A stretch of 64,000 nucleotides of DNA from Amoebidium appalachense (lineage: Eukaryota > Protista > Ichthyosporea), in contig CAVNZM010000012.1 in NCBI GenBank assembly GCA_963693365.1, positions 1,240,001-1,304,000 of the forward strand. Reading direction: 5' to 3'. The position numbers and the translations under genes were made by a program. Each line of letters begins with the position of its first letter. The first letter of the stretch is position 1. The notes below the pieces were generated by a model. The model worked only from the letters and a program-made list of their open reading frames with translations, was not told where the DNA came from and searched no databases. Of the stretch, positions 23,829 to 50,130 are shown in pieces.

Positions 23829-24567
23829 ATCCCCCCTCTCCCCCCGGGGATCAACAGCTGTGTTCGGAATGTTGGCGACAAGTTTCTCGCAACTCATTCA
23901 GCAATTTGTTGTACCGCGAAGTCTTAAGTGGTAACATCGTTCCCATGGGGTAATGCTATGGGCCGGCCCGGGGGTCACCGACCTTTTGAATGCTAATCCT
24001 ATTACCTAGTATCGCTGACACGGAATCATAAATTTTTAAAAATGTCTTATTGAAACCCTGCCTGTGCGCCTGTTTGCCTACGTTAGCTATGACACATACG
24101 TGTCGTGCCGTGGGCATCCATTTTCACTATGGTAGCACACGTTTTAGAAGCTTTTTTCGTCGTGATCATGATCAGATATCCTATATCAGATATTACGGCC
24201 CTACCGATCAGTATGGCATGTACTTAACTTTATACTATAAAGTTTATTCTGCTGCACCCGTCGGCCCTAAGGATTCCCCTTTCAGAGTTTATCATCTTGT
24301 TTCCCACTCCCCAAGATGCCGGGGCGGTGCGACAACAATACTTAGAAGATACTGTAATATTCACCACTGCCAGCAGTACTAGATAAATTTATTGGTGTGC
24401 ATGATTTTCTAACGCCGTTCATAATGTTTAGTGAGAAGAACCTGACAAACTTAGTAGGTGGCAAGGGGGGGGGAGGGGGGGGGGGGGGGGGGGGGGGGGG
24501 GAGAGAGAGAGGGGGGGGGAGGGGGGAGAGAGGGGGGGGGGAGAGAGAGAGAGAGGGGGGGGGGGGA

Positions 24568-24607
<40 letters not shown>

Positions 24608-27234
24608 AAGTATATATAATAGTATATATCATACACTATATATATATATATACCATATATATATATATATATATATGTGCGTATGTATGCATGTGTGTGT
24701 GTGTGTGTGTGTGTCAGTGTACGAGTTGTTCGAGCAATGTGTTGAAACAGTCCCACGTCGCAGTGTGTTCTTCTCCCCCCCCCCCCCCCCCCCCCTCTCC
24801 GCCCCCCCTCACACACAAGTCGGGGGGGGGCCCCCGGGGGGGGGGGGGGGGGGGGGGAGGGAGGGGTTGGAAGCGAAGAAACGAAGATCACTACGGTTAT
24901 TAGGAATCATGGCCCAGTAAACTAACTGATAGTAATTGGGTTTTTGAATTCGAATCGCCTCTTCCCGGTTAAAAATAAATACCAAAAGTGTTCAGGCTGG
25001 CCAAGCTTAAATAGGAATTCGAATGCCATTTTGTGTTTCTATCTGCGGGCCATCATACCTCTACTATACCATTTACTATGTTCCGCCTGGAGTATGCCAG
25101 CTCTTCTCAAACCCCCCCCCCCCCCTTCCCCCCCCCCCCCCCCAAAAAAAAAAAAGAAAAGAAAAGAAAACAGGAAAAAGAAAGAAAGAAAGAAAAAGAA
25201 AAAGGAAAAACTGAAAAAGAATGAACTTGCATGCACGCACACACACGCAAGACGTACACACAGAACTTGAATACACAGTGGCGCACACACTAAAGCCACA
25301 CACACACACACACACACACACGAGCCACACACACGAGCCACACACAAGCATGCACACACACAAGCTCAGACGCACACACGCTCAGATGCACACACGCACA
25401 CACACATATGCACTCATAAACATACAAACACGCACACTGACACAAACACGTACGCAAACACAAACCGCTAAGCATGCCCACAAACACACACACACACGTA
25501 CACACACTCAGGCACCAAGCTACCTACACACACACACAAGCACAAACGTACACATACACAAGCCGGGACACACACAAACAGGCACATACACCTATGCACA
25601 AACAAGCCGGGACACACACAAACACACATACACACACACACACACACACCCCAACACACACCCACACACACACACACGGACGCGCGCGCGCGCGCACACA
25701 CACACACACACACTCTCTCTCTCTCTCTCTATCTCATTCCAAAAGATGTTAACTTAATTTAGTCTATTTCATTTAATCGCTTTCCTAATACATACTCTGT
25801 ACAGGGTATAAGTTGTATAGTACATATATACCAGCCTTTGATTCGTCCCATTCACACACGTTTGCCAGAAACGTGGGGGAGGGAGGAGTATAATATATGC
25901 ACATATCTTACTTTCTCATTTCAGAGACAATCACAGCCGTATTTCACCGAAAAATATGTACATAAAAATTGAAAAAAAATATCATAATTGACTCTCTTTG
26001 ACCACTTCACGCCTTATGGCTAAGGAAAGCTAAGTCCTTCACCATGGCTATACCTTAAAGCGCCCTTTGAACGGCTGCTTATCTCATACCACATACATGC
26101 ATACGTAAATATCACCATCAGCACATACGGATACGATTCCAGCTAATCAACAAGCCTCCGTACATAAAAACTGAAGATGAAAATCGCTAAAATTGAAGAA
26201 AAACGAATAGGCCAATTTGTATCTATCAAAGGGTGTTGTGCAACCGTGCGCGTGACTGAGTGATTGGTGTCATCTCGCTTGTTTCAACTTTTCAAATGTG
26301 CATGCTTGTGCTAGCATTTTCTTTCTTTCTTTCTTTCGTTTTCTTTTCCGCATGACAACAATAGGTGCGTTGGCATAGATGCACAAACTCAGAACTGAAG
26401 CATAATAACACACCAACCAAACTCCACCCCTACCGGCTGGACAGAGGGGGAAGAAGTGGGGGGGGCGAGGGGGGGGGGGGGGAGGGGGAGGGAGGGACAC
26501 GGAGAGAGGAGGGGGAAGAAGGGGATTGGGGGGGGGGGGGGGGGGGGGGGGGGGAGGGGGGGGGGAGGAACGGAGAGAGGTGTATGCTCGACATTCCCCA
26601 ACATCTCGCCATGAAAAAGAAAACCACTTCAACAAAACCACAACTCCTTAACAAAAAACTCCACCTGATAAAAAAAAAAAAAAAAAAAAAACTTTATCAG
26701 AAATGATCCAGCGATGCAGCCAGTTGCATATACCACCCATCCATAGCCCTTCTCTTCATGAGCCTTCTCACCCCTACCGCCGTCATCCCAAGCACCAACA
26801 TACCCCCAGACACGGCCAGGCCCACAAGCCCCCAAGACCCGCACATCAGCGTGCACGTGTGCACCTGTGATATCGGGATGCTGTGTTCATGCATCTCCTC
26901 CTGTGTTGATTGTGCAAAAGTCAGAATTTCATAATTTCCGGAAAAACCCCCTGGTCATCATTTTCATCATCTATATGCATCCGAGACAGCGCAACCGGCC
27001 CCTCCGCTTCCCCTTCTCATCTAACCCTCTCACTACTCCCCCCCCCCCCCCCCCCCCGGAAAAAAAAACCCCCACACGTGCACACGTGCACACACGCACA
27101 CGAGCGAAAAACACGCCTCTTCACCTCTCAGGTCCTACTGCACACACTCTCCAATCCACGTCTATTAATAGTCAAAGACTCCCAGCATATCCTTTCTCTC
27201 GCCCAAAACCCACCCACCCCCACAGCACCAAGTC

Positions 27235-35608
<8,374 letters not shown>

Positions 35609-37979
35609 TTTCCTGGTTTACTAATGACTTGGAAAGAAGGCAATCTTTGTAATTACAGTCAAAATCGTCCAAGAAGTGAAAGCATTTGCAACTTTCAAGG
35701 TGCTAATTCTACCCTAACCCCATAGTGTCAGAAAATAAAAGGGTTTCCCCAACATCAGCTTCACGTGGAAGGGACGATGAAAGTGACAAGAATGTCGATG
35801 TGTCGGTGAACCACAACGGCACACTGGGCCCCACGGGGTATGTAATCTTTCGTGTCGCTGGGATGACACCCAGCAGAAAATAAGAAGAGGACGTGTGTAT
35901 AAACCAAAACTGGGAGCGCGTGAAGTAAAGCAGAACTGTTGCCTCCAGGATTTGTGTCCTATGATTTTACAATCACTGTGAGGAAGTTGTCTTGTCTAAA
36001 CACAACGTCTAAAAGCAAAACAACGAACAAAGTTGGCCAACCCTGCTGCCACAATTTGCTAGCAACTAAAGTTATAACTCGTACTCCGTTGTTGCCTTAG
36101 CGTAGGTATTACACAGCGCAACCAGCAACCATGCATGGTATGTGTAACCAAGAAAATGTATGTGTTTGTAGACCGATAGTTCATAAGCTGGCTACGTGTG
36201 TGTCTCGTTTTCCTTCATAAGTGTGCTCTTTGATGATGCACACGAACTCCGTCTCAGTTTGATAGTGGGGCTGAGTAACACGAAACCCATCCTCCTAGAG
36301 CGAGGTAATCTTGAAACTTCGCCATTCCTCCTGTCTCGGATTCAGATTACAGCATCCCTGACCGTCTGCCAGAGGACAACGCATGTTCTGAGTGTCAGTG
36401 AAGAAGCTAAGGGCTTATTGTAGCTACTGTCGACTTATTTAGTGCATTTATATTATTGTTAGATTCATATAAAAAACCGGTGGTCAGTTTGATTATGCAA
36501 GGAGCTCTCTATTCCCGAAAATGGTCTGTCGCGAGGCCCCAAGTTGAAGATAAATGGCAGTGGATATTTTTTCTTGTTATCTCTTTGAAGTCCAGGGAGA
36601 GATTGTTCATTGATTGAATGGTCATCCGCTAGTTTTATTTTGTGATATCTGGCCAATAGTATAATCCTTACTTCACCCATTCGTATGATCGGCATCAGCA
36701 ACAGCGAATCGCATTGTGTCTCGTTCAAATTGAACTTCAAAACATGAGGAGTGTGGCCCCCTGTATGCCCCTAACTCGGGGTCTGAAAGGCTGTTATTGA
36801 TGTATCCAATCGCTATCTCGCCCGTTTTCTACAACTCAAACAGAAAAGAGTTGATGTAGCAAGGGATTCGCTACAACAGTAATATTAATTGGCTGCGTTC
36901 AAACTAAATCCAAATGGGTGCGCATGGGCGTTAAATTCCTTGATTGATACGCCGGACATGACAATTATGAGAGAGGAAATGAAGTGCAGCTCCACGCCGC
37001 ATGCGCGTATATACATATGCATATGTATTCGTGAGTTTCGTATGTACATATATTCATTAATCGTGTACACCCATCTGGATGCACATTACCAAGTTTGATA
37101 GTAATTCGTTTTTATTTTTTTTTGGTCGCTAATGCCATGTATTGGATATATATGTACAGAGCATCAGTTTTCATCAACGAGGGGTTATTGTATTAAAGAT
37201 ATACAAGAAAACTAAAATAGGCCCCGCTGAAAAAAATTTTCTTCTTTTGACTGAAAAATTCTTCCATCTAATAAGACTAATTGGAATGCTAATATTAGAC
37301 GTGCTACGTTCTAATCAGAACGCTTATGAATTTACCACAGAGCATCAGGGTACATAGAGAAGCCATCAAAATTAAATTTTTATTACAGGCATAATGTGGT
37401 AGCTGGTATTGAACATTTGCAGTTTTCGAGTAGACCATGCCATGGCATGAATATCATCATTCAAATAAGCCGTTATTATTGGCTGTCTACGCATCAAAGG
37501 CAACTAGGGAGCCAGTTGCAGACCTGTCCGATCTAAACCTTTGCTGCAGACGTATCATAATAATCTTTGACTTTAACAGGTGTATAAAATAGATACCATT
37601 GTTCTTACGGTACTTAGGATATACATCATCCAGCAGGCTACACAGAAAAACTTTGGATTAAACATGAATTCGGGGTGTGAATGTTCCCTTCAAGTCATTG
37701 TACAGTTGCTGCCAGCGGCACGGTTTTCACATTGTGGTGCATTGTCGTCCAATGGCTATATATAGCGGATCTGAGCGGATCTTGGATCCATGGAGATCAC
37801 AATGTTACACGTCACAAAAATAGGTACTAGGTGTGCGTACGTAAGAAAGAGAAGAGGAAAAAGAAGAAACAATAAGCCAAACAATAATGGCTTTACTTTG
37901 TGTACTTTGGCCGCCCCAATTAGCTAGGCCGTGTAAGAGCTACCGGCACTTATTGTACGCGTGCAACCGGCCACGGGCA

Positions 37980-38367
37980 TGGCCCAAGGCCTCCTATTTA
38001 GGAGGCCTTGGCATGGCCACCATTCCAATCACCGATTTCAGATTCATAATTGAAATTGGCGGCTCAAAAGTGGGGCCTAAACATCCTATGCCGGTCATAG
38101 TCCAAATCCGTTTTTACTCAATAAAACCTAAACTATGAATAGGAAACAGGCTTTGGCGCCTTAATTGAAAGTATAGAAAATAAAGCGACACACAATGTTT
38201 ATATAAGCAACATAGGGTATCTATTGCGTTTTTTGAGGTTAAAACAGGCAAAAACACATGTTTGTTACGATGCGATCGACTCCGGCCGCCGACAGTCAGT
38301 CGGCAGTCAGGATGGCCCAAGGCCTCCTAAATAGCACCCCTATTTAGGAGGCCTTGGGATGGCCCCA
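37980..38367. mobile_element. MITE-like cluster of inverted repeats
   Basis: CTATTTAGGAGGCCTTGG (37994-38011) and CCAAGGCCTCCTAAATAG (38317-38334) are perfect 18-bp inverted repeats. Further copies of the ends lie at 37980-37997 and 38340-38365. Confidence 0.65.
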
Positions 38368-38534
38368 GCCGGGAAGCAGTTTCAAGTGGCTGGTTTTCAA
38401 CTGATTTTGACGTTGAAGAAGACGTCGGACACCCAGACCGCCTATATCACCTTTGCGCGTTTTTTTTTTTCTTCTTTTGACTGGATTTATTCGACGAAAC
38501 GATATGCAAGTATGCACGGCATACTGAGAAGACA

Positions 38535-39508
38535 ATAAAATAAAATAAAAACTTCACGAGTTATCCAGTAACAAGTGCATACTGAGATACCTGAACACTG
38601 TGTGAAAATCATATAAATACTCAATGTGACGACCAACAGAATTCAACAAAAAGTCTAAAGTGTTCACATTGCAAGCTAGTGTAGCAGACACCCGTAGGGA
38701 AAGAGGTAAAACGCGACATAAAAACTCAGTGACACACCTATCAACATGCTTGCGATTAAAAAGTTCAGCACAAAAGTGGCACCAGCGGCGATGAAAACAA
38801 GAATTACAGCGCCACTGCACAATTTCCCAGGCAATATCAACATCAGAGCACCATACAGACTGATCTACTAGGGTGGTATCCATACGTACAGCAGTAGAAA
38901 TGTATCCTGCCAAAGCTCCCAAAAAGCGATAATGATCAGTACGGTGTTGCCTAAGGAACATAACACATGCCGACTGAGTTTTACCTTTGATTTCTCTATC
39001 AGAACGAGAAAGAAACTTATACTGCGTATGGTAATAACGCGAAAAGGCAGAAAAAACAGGAAGAGAAAAGAAAGAGGGAGTGAGATAGCGAGAGGAAGAA
39101 TCAGGTTGAAAGAGGGTAGGCTGAGGACATTCAGAAGTAGCGTTGGTGAATCGGGGGGGAAGAGGGATGGAGGGAGGGGGGGGAAAGAAAGCATTAAGAG
39201 GGTGACCATCAGGTATCCTAACTAAATGAAAACAAAAACGAAGAGACAATTCCTCCATACGACAAACAGCAGACGACAATCCAAACATACTGATTAACTT
39301 AGGGAGGCACAAACCGAGTACGAAACAAAGTGCGCAGCGCAGGACCCTGAAAATCGTCGAACTCTTTCAGCGCCATGGCCGCCTCGCGAGGTAGGGCGCA
39401 GGCCAATAGCGGAAGTCCATATTCGAAAGTCGGCCGTAAAAAAGTTTTATAGTAGAGAAGAAGGTTCGCAGGATGGATCACAGACTCCCGTTGAAACATA
39501 TTTGACAC
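38535..39508 (-). mobile_element. Non-LTR (LINE) retrotransposon 3' remnant, copy A
   Basis: Frameshifted ORFs contain the post-RT motif LLLYYKTFLRPTFEYGL and the Cys/His-rich tail WRCNSCFHRRWCHFCAELFNRKH. Confidence 0.7.
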
Positions 39509-39510
39509 GC

Positions 39511-39705
39511 GTTTTTTTTATTTTTTATAATGCCTTTATTGATATGCTCAGCAAAATAGAAGCCATCGAGATATCACTGATATCTCGGAGAAGAAAATAC
39601 AAAAGCCCTCACTCTCGGATACGGAGGAGATAACGACTTAAATAATCATACCCCTAGAAAACTCGTTAAACATACCGTGGTTCAACAGATAATCAATAGA
39701 CGTAT
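39511..39705 (-). mobile_element. Short 5'-truncated LINE 3'-end stub with AATAAA and an A-rich tail
   Basis: Duplicates 39710-39843 plus 40085-40150. The minus strand ends CAATAAAG...AAAAAA. Confidence 0.55.
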
Positions 39706-39709
39706 GGCA

Positions 39710-41245
39710 TTTTTTTTATAATGACTTTATTGACTCATGCTCAGCAAAATAGAAGCCATCGAGATATCACCGATATCTCGGAGAATTCTGAAAATACAAA
39801 AGCCCTCACTCTCCGATACGGAGGAGATAACGACTTAAGTAATGATGTCTTCTTGCGGAGTGTGGCCTGGTCATCATCGCTGCATATGCCTAGTTGGAGC
39901 AAACTAGTTTCACGCATCCACGTGCGCTTATACCTTTGCCCGCTGGTGTCCTTTGGTCACTTGTTGTTTTATTTTTTATTTCATCGCTGTGGCTCTTATT
40001 TTGGTGGTCATGTCGCCTGCGGCTGCACGTTGCCTTCATATCCACTGGACCACTGATCAATACATCCCAGTCAAGAAAAAAAATAATAATCATACACCCT
40101 AGAAAACTCGTTAAACTATCTTGGTTCTTGAACCTGATAGTCAATAGACGTAATATCAGGATTATCTAAATAAGCCAGTCTTCTAATTTCTAGCGGAATA
40201 ATCTGAGATAAATAAATACATCTAAGTGTTTACGAGAAAAAGGTTCTGCACAAAAGTGGCACAAACATTTATGGAAACAAAGGTTACAGCGCCACAATAA
40301 ACATTTCCAAGCTATATCACAAGGAGGGGCCCAGAACTGCAAAATCGGTAAGTGTGGTAGGTTTACGAGAGGAAGGATAAATATAAGTAGCTAATTTGCA
40401 CAACGATTGTGAAGAAAATAGACGAGTATCTAATATAAAAAGAAGCACAGGCTCAAGCGCCCTACCATGATACTCTTTATCACAACGATGAAGCAAAGGA
40501 TATTGAGTATGAAACCAAGTAACATACTGCTGATAACTAGTAGAAGAGAAAAATAAAGAGTCTCAGATAAGTATTTAAAAGGATATCTCGGAATGGGAAA
40601 GAGATTGGGGATAGGACATTTGGGGTTTACACACTTTTTATTGCGTGGACACTGCCCACATTCGACGGCCTACTGCGTTTTCCAGCGCAGCCAATCAAAT
40701 GCAGCCAGTGACATATGTACATGCTAGGCAACAATGAGCGCCATCGTAGTATATGACACCCATACTTACATATTAGGGGTAAGCAGAGGCTAGCATCGGT
40801 AGCTCCGAAAGAAAGTTAAGGCACCGGATCACAATATCATAGCACGAACATTAGAAATGCCGGGAACAGGTGCTAAAGAAGGAAAGAGTTGCAACAAAGG
40901 ATGATAAGCAGGAAGCCTAACCAAATGAAAACAAAAGCGAAGTCCTAATTCATTCATACGCTGGCGCGCCGGAGGGAGACCAAAAACACTCAGCAAGGGA
41001 GCCGCCAAAGGCCCGCCTACGCGAGGTTCAAGAAATAAACTGGATGAATTCACGCTGAAAGGAATCGAATTGGCCCGAAGAGCCGCGTGCTGTTGCCGTG
41101 GAGGGGCACACAAGAGTAACCGGAGGCCAAATTCGAAACATGGACGAAGAAAAACTTTATAAAGAGTGAGCAAATTGGCAGGATGAATATTAGAGATATT
41201 TGCGAATATTCCTTGATTAAAAACTTTCCGGAATAGCCAAGGCAT
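39710..41245 (-). mobile_element. Non-LTR (LINE) retrotransposon 3' remnant, copy B, with internal insertion(s)
   Basis: IHPANLLTLYKVFLRPCFEFGL, RMNELGLRFCFHLVRLP and CDIAWKCLLWRCNLCFHKCLCHFCAEP (40330-40220) are all homologous to copy A. Confidence 0.7.
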
Positions 41246-41417
41246 CCGATCCTTGACTACCCCGGTTGGAGTTAGCTAAGAGGGCCATTGCCATATAGTC
41301 CTGCACCCAGGCAAGTCCCATCAGGGCATCCGATCCCCAATGCGCTACATCCCGGGATTCGAACCAGGTGCCTCCTGCGTCGGAGGCGAGGAGCTTACCC
41401 GCTCGGCCACAGCGACC
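41228..41417 (-). mobile_element. tRNA-derived SINE (tRNA-Arg(CCG)-like head)
   Basis: The minus strand reads GGTCGCTGTGGCCGAGCGG (A box), CTCGCCTCCGACGCAG (anticodon-like arm) and GGTTCGAATCCC (B box), then ~110 nt of non-tRNA body. There is no proper acceptor stem. Confidence 0.7.
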
Positions 41418-41437
41418 CCTAAAAAAAAATTTCCGGG

Positions 41438-41622
41438 CCGGAATAGCCAAGGCATCCGATCCTTGACTACCCCGGTTGGAGTTATAGCTTACTAAAGAGG
41501 GCCATTGCATAGTTCTGCACCCAGGCGAGTCCCATCAGGGCATCCGATCCCCAATGCGAGTATGTACATCCCCAGGTGCCTCCTGCGTCGGAGGCGAGGA
41601 GCTTACCCGCTCGGCCACAGCG
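41438..41622 (-). mobile_element. Second tandem copy of the tRNA-derived SINE, B box deleted
   Basis: Near-identical to 41228-41417 apart from small indels and loss of the TTCGAATCC segment. Confidence 0.7.
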
Positions 41623-41879
41623 GCGCGTTTTTTTATTTGGGGAAATGTGCTGTTTATTAACGACATGTAGGTGAGCTGTGATGAGTTGTCGGCACCAAGG
41701 CCAACAGTACTTTAAATTTCACCCAACAAGACATACATATAAAAAATCGAGGTTACACTTACAACATACAAATCATATGTGGAGATTTAAGCGTATCAGG
41801 CATACATCATATGTGGAGATATAATTTTAATTTTTATTTCCTACAACTTTACTTAAAGGGCGAAAACCTCGTTTCTAAG

Positions 41880-42309
41880 TGAAATCGAAAATGAATTGGC
41901 TTTGAGAGGCTGTGGATTAGCATTTGGCCCCCACACACCCTGGCACCGCACCTTTGCTGGGTTAGTTGGTATGGTGTTTGTAAACACCTACCTGGCCTAC
42001 AAGCATTTCATTGCGGACGGAGACAAGAATGCACTTTCAAACGAGCAGTGGCGCGAAAAACTTGCGGGTGAACTTCTCAACAACCCACTTCTGCAAGCTG
42101 GCAAACAAAGCGCGCGCATACTAAAATCGCTGTCAACAAACACCACAACCGCCAAACGAAGCAAACTCTGTCATTCGGTGCTTATCGGTTCCGGCAAGCG
42201 GCTCGACTGTGTTATGTGCGCGCGTACGGATCAAAAGGGATACAAACGCAGCAGGGTGAGCTGGATGTGCAGCAGCTCTGGTGTCCCGATTTTAGGCCCC
42301 ACCCTATGA
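41880..42309 (+). mobile_element. Degenerate piggyBac-like (PGBD) transposase C-terminal fragment
   Basis: PWHRTFAGLVGMVFVNTYLAYK...WREKLAGELL followed by a C-terminal CxxC...R..WxC resembles the end of piggyBac DDE domains plus the Cys-rich tail. Confidence 0.5.
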
Positions 42310-42367
42310 GCCACTTTTTGGCCAACTACTGTAGATCTGAGACCAGTGAATTCATACACCCTATCTG

Positions 42368-42428
42368 AGCCAATCGGGCTTTCCCCCCGATGACGTCACA
42401 CTCCAGATCTACTGCTCGTGTACACGTG
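42368..42428 (+). promoter_or_regulatory. Putative TSR2 promoter: CCAAT box, CRE (TGACGTCA) and E-box (CACGTG)
   Basis: AGCCAATC at 42368, TGACGTCA at 42391 and CACGTG at 42423, about 330-390 bp upstream of the ATG. Confidence 0.4.
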
Positions 42429-42755
42429 GTTACGGGGGCCCCTGTTACGGGGGACAGTCGACATACGCGTGTGTACTTTCAGTAGCAACACCTGCAAAAA
42501 AGCTTAGTATTGTAATTTTGATCCTGTTAGGGAGTGAGAAAGTTTAGCTGTTAGGTAACTTGACACACATTGGTACACGAACAACAATAGATGCAGCATT
42601 AACAGAACAGTAAAAGCAACAACATCCACAAACAAAGCCTTACCTCACCACCACACGCGTGCTCGATTCACAGGTGTACTCTTGTGCATGGTACACACTC
42701 CGCCCGTCATACAAAAGGCACACGGAGGGCTACACACACACACGCAAACGCAAAT

Positions 42756-47198
<4,443 letters not shown>

Positions 47199-47217
47199 GG
47201 TTTTGTTTTCTTTAGAC

Positions 47218-47787
47218 TATGGTGCACAGCCCCTATAGACCTATATAGGTTTTTCGTGAATTACTTTTGAACGGATCGAGCTTTTCAAAAAGTTCCGCCG
47301 GCAACTTTCATGGGCTCGATGAGACCGAGCGATTTATGCAATAAAAATTTTCGGGTCAGTTTGCCCAATTTCGACTCCGACCCGGTCGACCCGACCCGAA
47401 AAGATGTGTTTGCGCAAACAATCGGGCCTTGTTTGCGCAAACAGGCACGTGAGGCAGCCACAACGAAGAAAATACTTGCGCTTTTGCCTCAAACGGCACT
47501 CCTGTTCAAGCACCGAGTGGCACGGCGCTTTACAGTTACGTAAATGCGTCCTAGGAAAATTAGAAGAACAGACTCTAGCGGTCGTTTCAATAGCACAAGG
47601 AGGGTCGTGGATCGAGATCTAGAAGATCCAAGCTATAGCCCCCCCCCGTGTGAGTTGGAGGATCACTCGGACACAATTGGAACATCAGAAACCGCGTTAA
47701 CAGAAAACGACAAAGACGCTGGTGAAAGTGCGCGCGCGCACACACACACACACACATACACATACACACCATAAACCGACACAAACA

Positions 47788-47822
<35 letters not shown>

Positions 47823-47831
47823 CCTCACACA

Positions 47832-47881
<50 letters not shown>

Positions 47882-48330
47882 CATGTGCAACGTACACAAA
47901 CAGCCTGGGCAGGGGTGTGTGGGTATCATAGGGGTGGGGGGGGGGGGGGGGGGGGAGGGGGGAGGGGGGGGCGGCTGGAGACCCCCCAAATTTTATTTTT
48001 TTTTCGAATATTTAAAATCCGGCTCCATGGGTTGATAGAGCTCGACGAGCTGAGCATTTTGAGGGGTCATTTGGGGGGTGTGCAATGTATACCTGCCTAG
48101 TTCATGAGGGTCAAAAAATTTCCCCATTTTTTTGGCCAATTAGTAAACTTTGCGCCCCCTTTTTTTGAAAACGGAAACATTTTCTGAAAAAGTAATCCAT
48201 ACATTCGAAAGTACTCACCAAGACCTTTCATTTGCACCCATAATTTCCGAAAAATAATGTCGGGGGGGTCCCATTCATGGCGGTCGAAAATCTCGGGATT
48301 TGTATAGACGTATAGAGGCTGTGCACCATA
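47218..48330. mobile_element. Non-autonomous DNA transposon with about 28-bp terminal inverted repeats and flanking TA
   Basis: The left end TATGGTGCACAGCCCCTATAGACCTATA pairs with the right end TATAGACGTATAGAGGCTGTGCACCATA. No transposase ORF is recognisable inside. Confidence 0.8.
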
Positions 48331-48655
48331 CAACTTATTCAACAACTACATACCTCTAGCAACTACATACCTCTAGCCACAATCTGCGCACAATTTTGAT
48401 GATACAGTAACATATTCGCACAGGCAGAAGCATAAACAGAAGGACGATTTTCTCGTTTTTGTGTACATCGGCCCCTTGGGGTCTGTCTGCCCGTGTGGTG
48501 GGGACAGCATTTTTTGGCAATGTCAATAAGTATCGAATCTCAGTGATCGCAGAGTTATTCCCGTGTCATCCACTTGCGATGGAAATTCAATAAGGTTGAC
48601 TTGTTTTGGTGCACACGCAGCACGCATTTTTCTTTTTCCTTTTTTTTTTTTTTTT

Positions 48656-48715
<60 letters not shown>

Positions 48716-49799
48716 CTGCTTTGGAAATAGCCGAAAGTGAGAGCAAAGAAATGGTTTGTTTATTTATTGTGAAGGCCAGTATTTTACCCGAACACTCAGC
48801 TCCTACCTGACAGTGTGACGAAATGTTTGTGAAATCAATGTAAATATGCAAACCTCACGTACTATATCCATTTCCTCGACCCCAATCGCGATGATTGCAA
48901 TAAGTGAAAACACTATATAAATATATATATATTACGTTTGTGTTCCTCCCTCTGCCCAGCTACAGATGAGTCACGGGTGTTGCCGGGTACCGGTGATTGC
49001 ATGTGCAATTGTAAAGCTGCTTGCATGGGCGGCCGCATACCTGAGACTGGTCGGCGTCCGTTTGAGCTTCGAGTAAACAGCATAAACCCAGTATTCATAC
49101 AACTATGCACATAGAAATTCACTGTACATCACCCATGGTGTGGGCCATGCGTAATAAAGCCAAGTGCGATTGGCTGGAGGGAGCGGCCAATAAAGTGCAA
49201 TTATCCCCCCAAGTACTACCAAGGCTACAAGGCCTCCGGGAGATTAAGAGGCCCGGGCCCCACCACCACCCGGTGGCACCACCAAAAATCTGTTTTTGAA
49301 AAAAAAAAGAAAAAAAAAAAAGAAAAAAAACAAACAAAAAAAAAAACCGTGCACCGGTACCTGCCACACGTGTAGCACTATATTACATGTGTGTGCACGT
49401 ACACCACCACCACCAGTATTGATCACGCTCTCCCCCGGCGGCTCATGCGTATATATATGCATGCGTGATCAGCTTGGGCCCATTTTGATTTCCGGAGGTG
49501 TTGCTGGTGCCACGGTAAGGGAGCAGTACTGGTGATGGTGGTGGTGGTGGTGGTTGGGGGGGGGGGGGGGGGGGGAGGGAGGGAGGGGAGGGGGGATAAC
49601 GTATAACACAGGGCGCATCGAGCCACACACTGCCGACGGACCACACAACACCGATCATAAATCACACAGTGACTAATAAAAATAGGGCTATGCATCCCTC
49701 ATTAGTCTAATAGCCCATCGGAAGAGATCACTATCGACGGTGGCCAGCCTGAAACACTCGAAGGTGGGGGGGGGGGGGGGGGGGGGGATGCCCCATTCT

Positions 49800-50088
49800 A
49801 TTTCGAAGAAAAAATATGCATTCACAACGGACAACACGAGTACAAACCACACATTTTTATAATAATTGTGATTATAACTAAAATTCATTAATGGCTCCAT
49901 ACAGAGCCCATACTTTTTTTTTTTTTTTTTTTTTTTTTTTGGGGGGGGGGGGGGGACCGTTGCCATACATACAGTACAAACACACAATTCACAACGGACA
50001 ACGTTCGTAAAATGCAGAGTGCAAACCACACATGTTATGATATGGAGTATATGTATGCTCCAACACAAGCAGAGCCCATCCTCAGGGG
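49800..50088 (-). repeat. Two diverged copies of the GATGGGCTCTG repeat downstream of ADE4/purF
   Basis: The minus strand has CCCCTGAGGATGGGCTCTGCTTG at 50088 and TATGGGCTCTGTATG at 49912. Confidence 0.6.
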
Positions 50089-50093
50089 AGGCG

Positions 50094-50130
<37 letters not shown>

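Noticed and set aside
36196-37765. Short ORFs in the AT-rich intergenic island
   Set aside because: They have no recognisable motifs or splice-consistent structure. They may be old TE debris.
41345-41417. Possible tRNA-Arg(CCG) gene
   Set aside because: The acceptor stem does not pair, and the head is duplicated together with a non-tRNA body, so a SINE explains it better.
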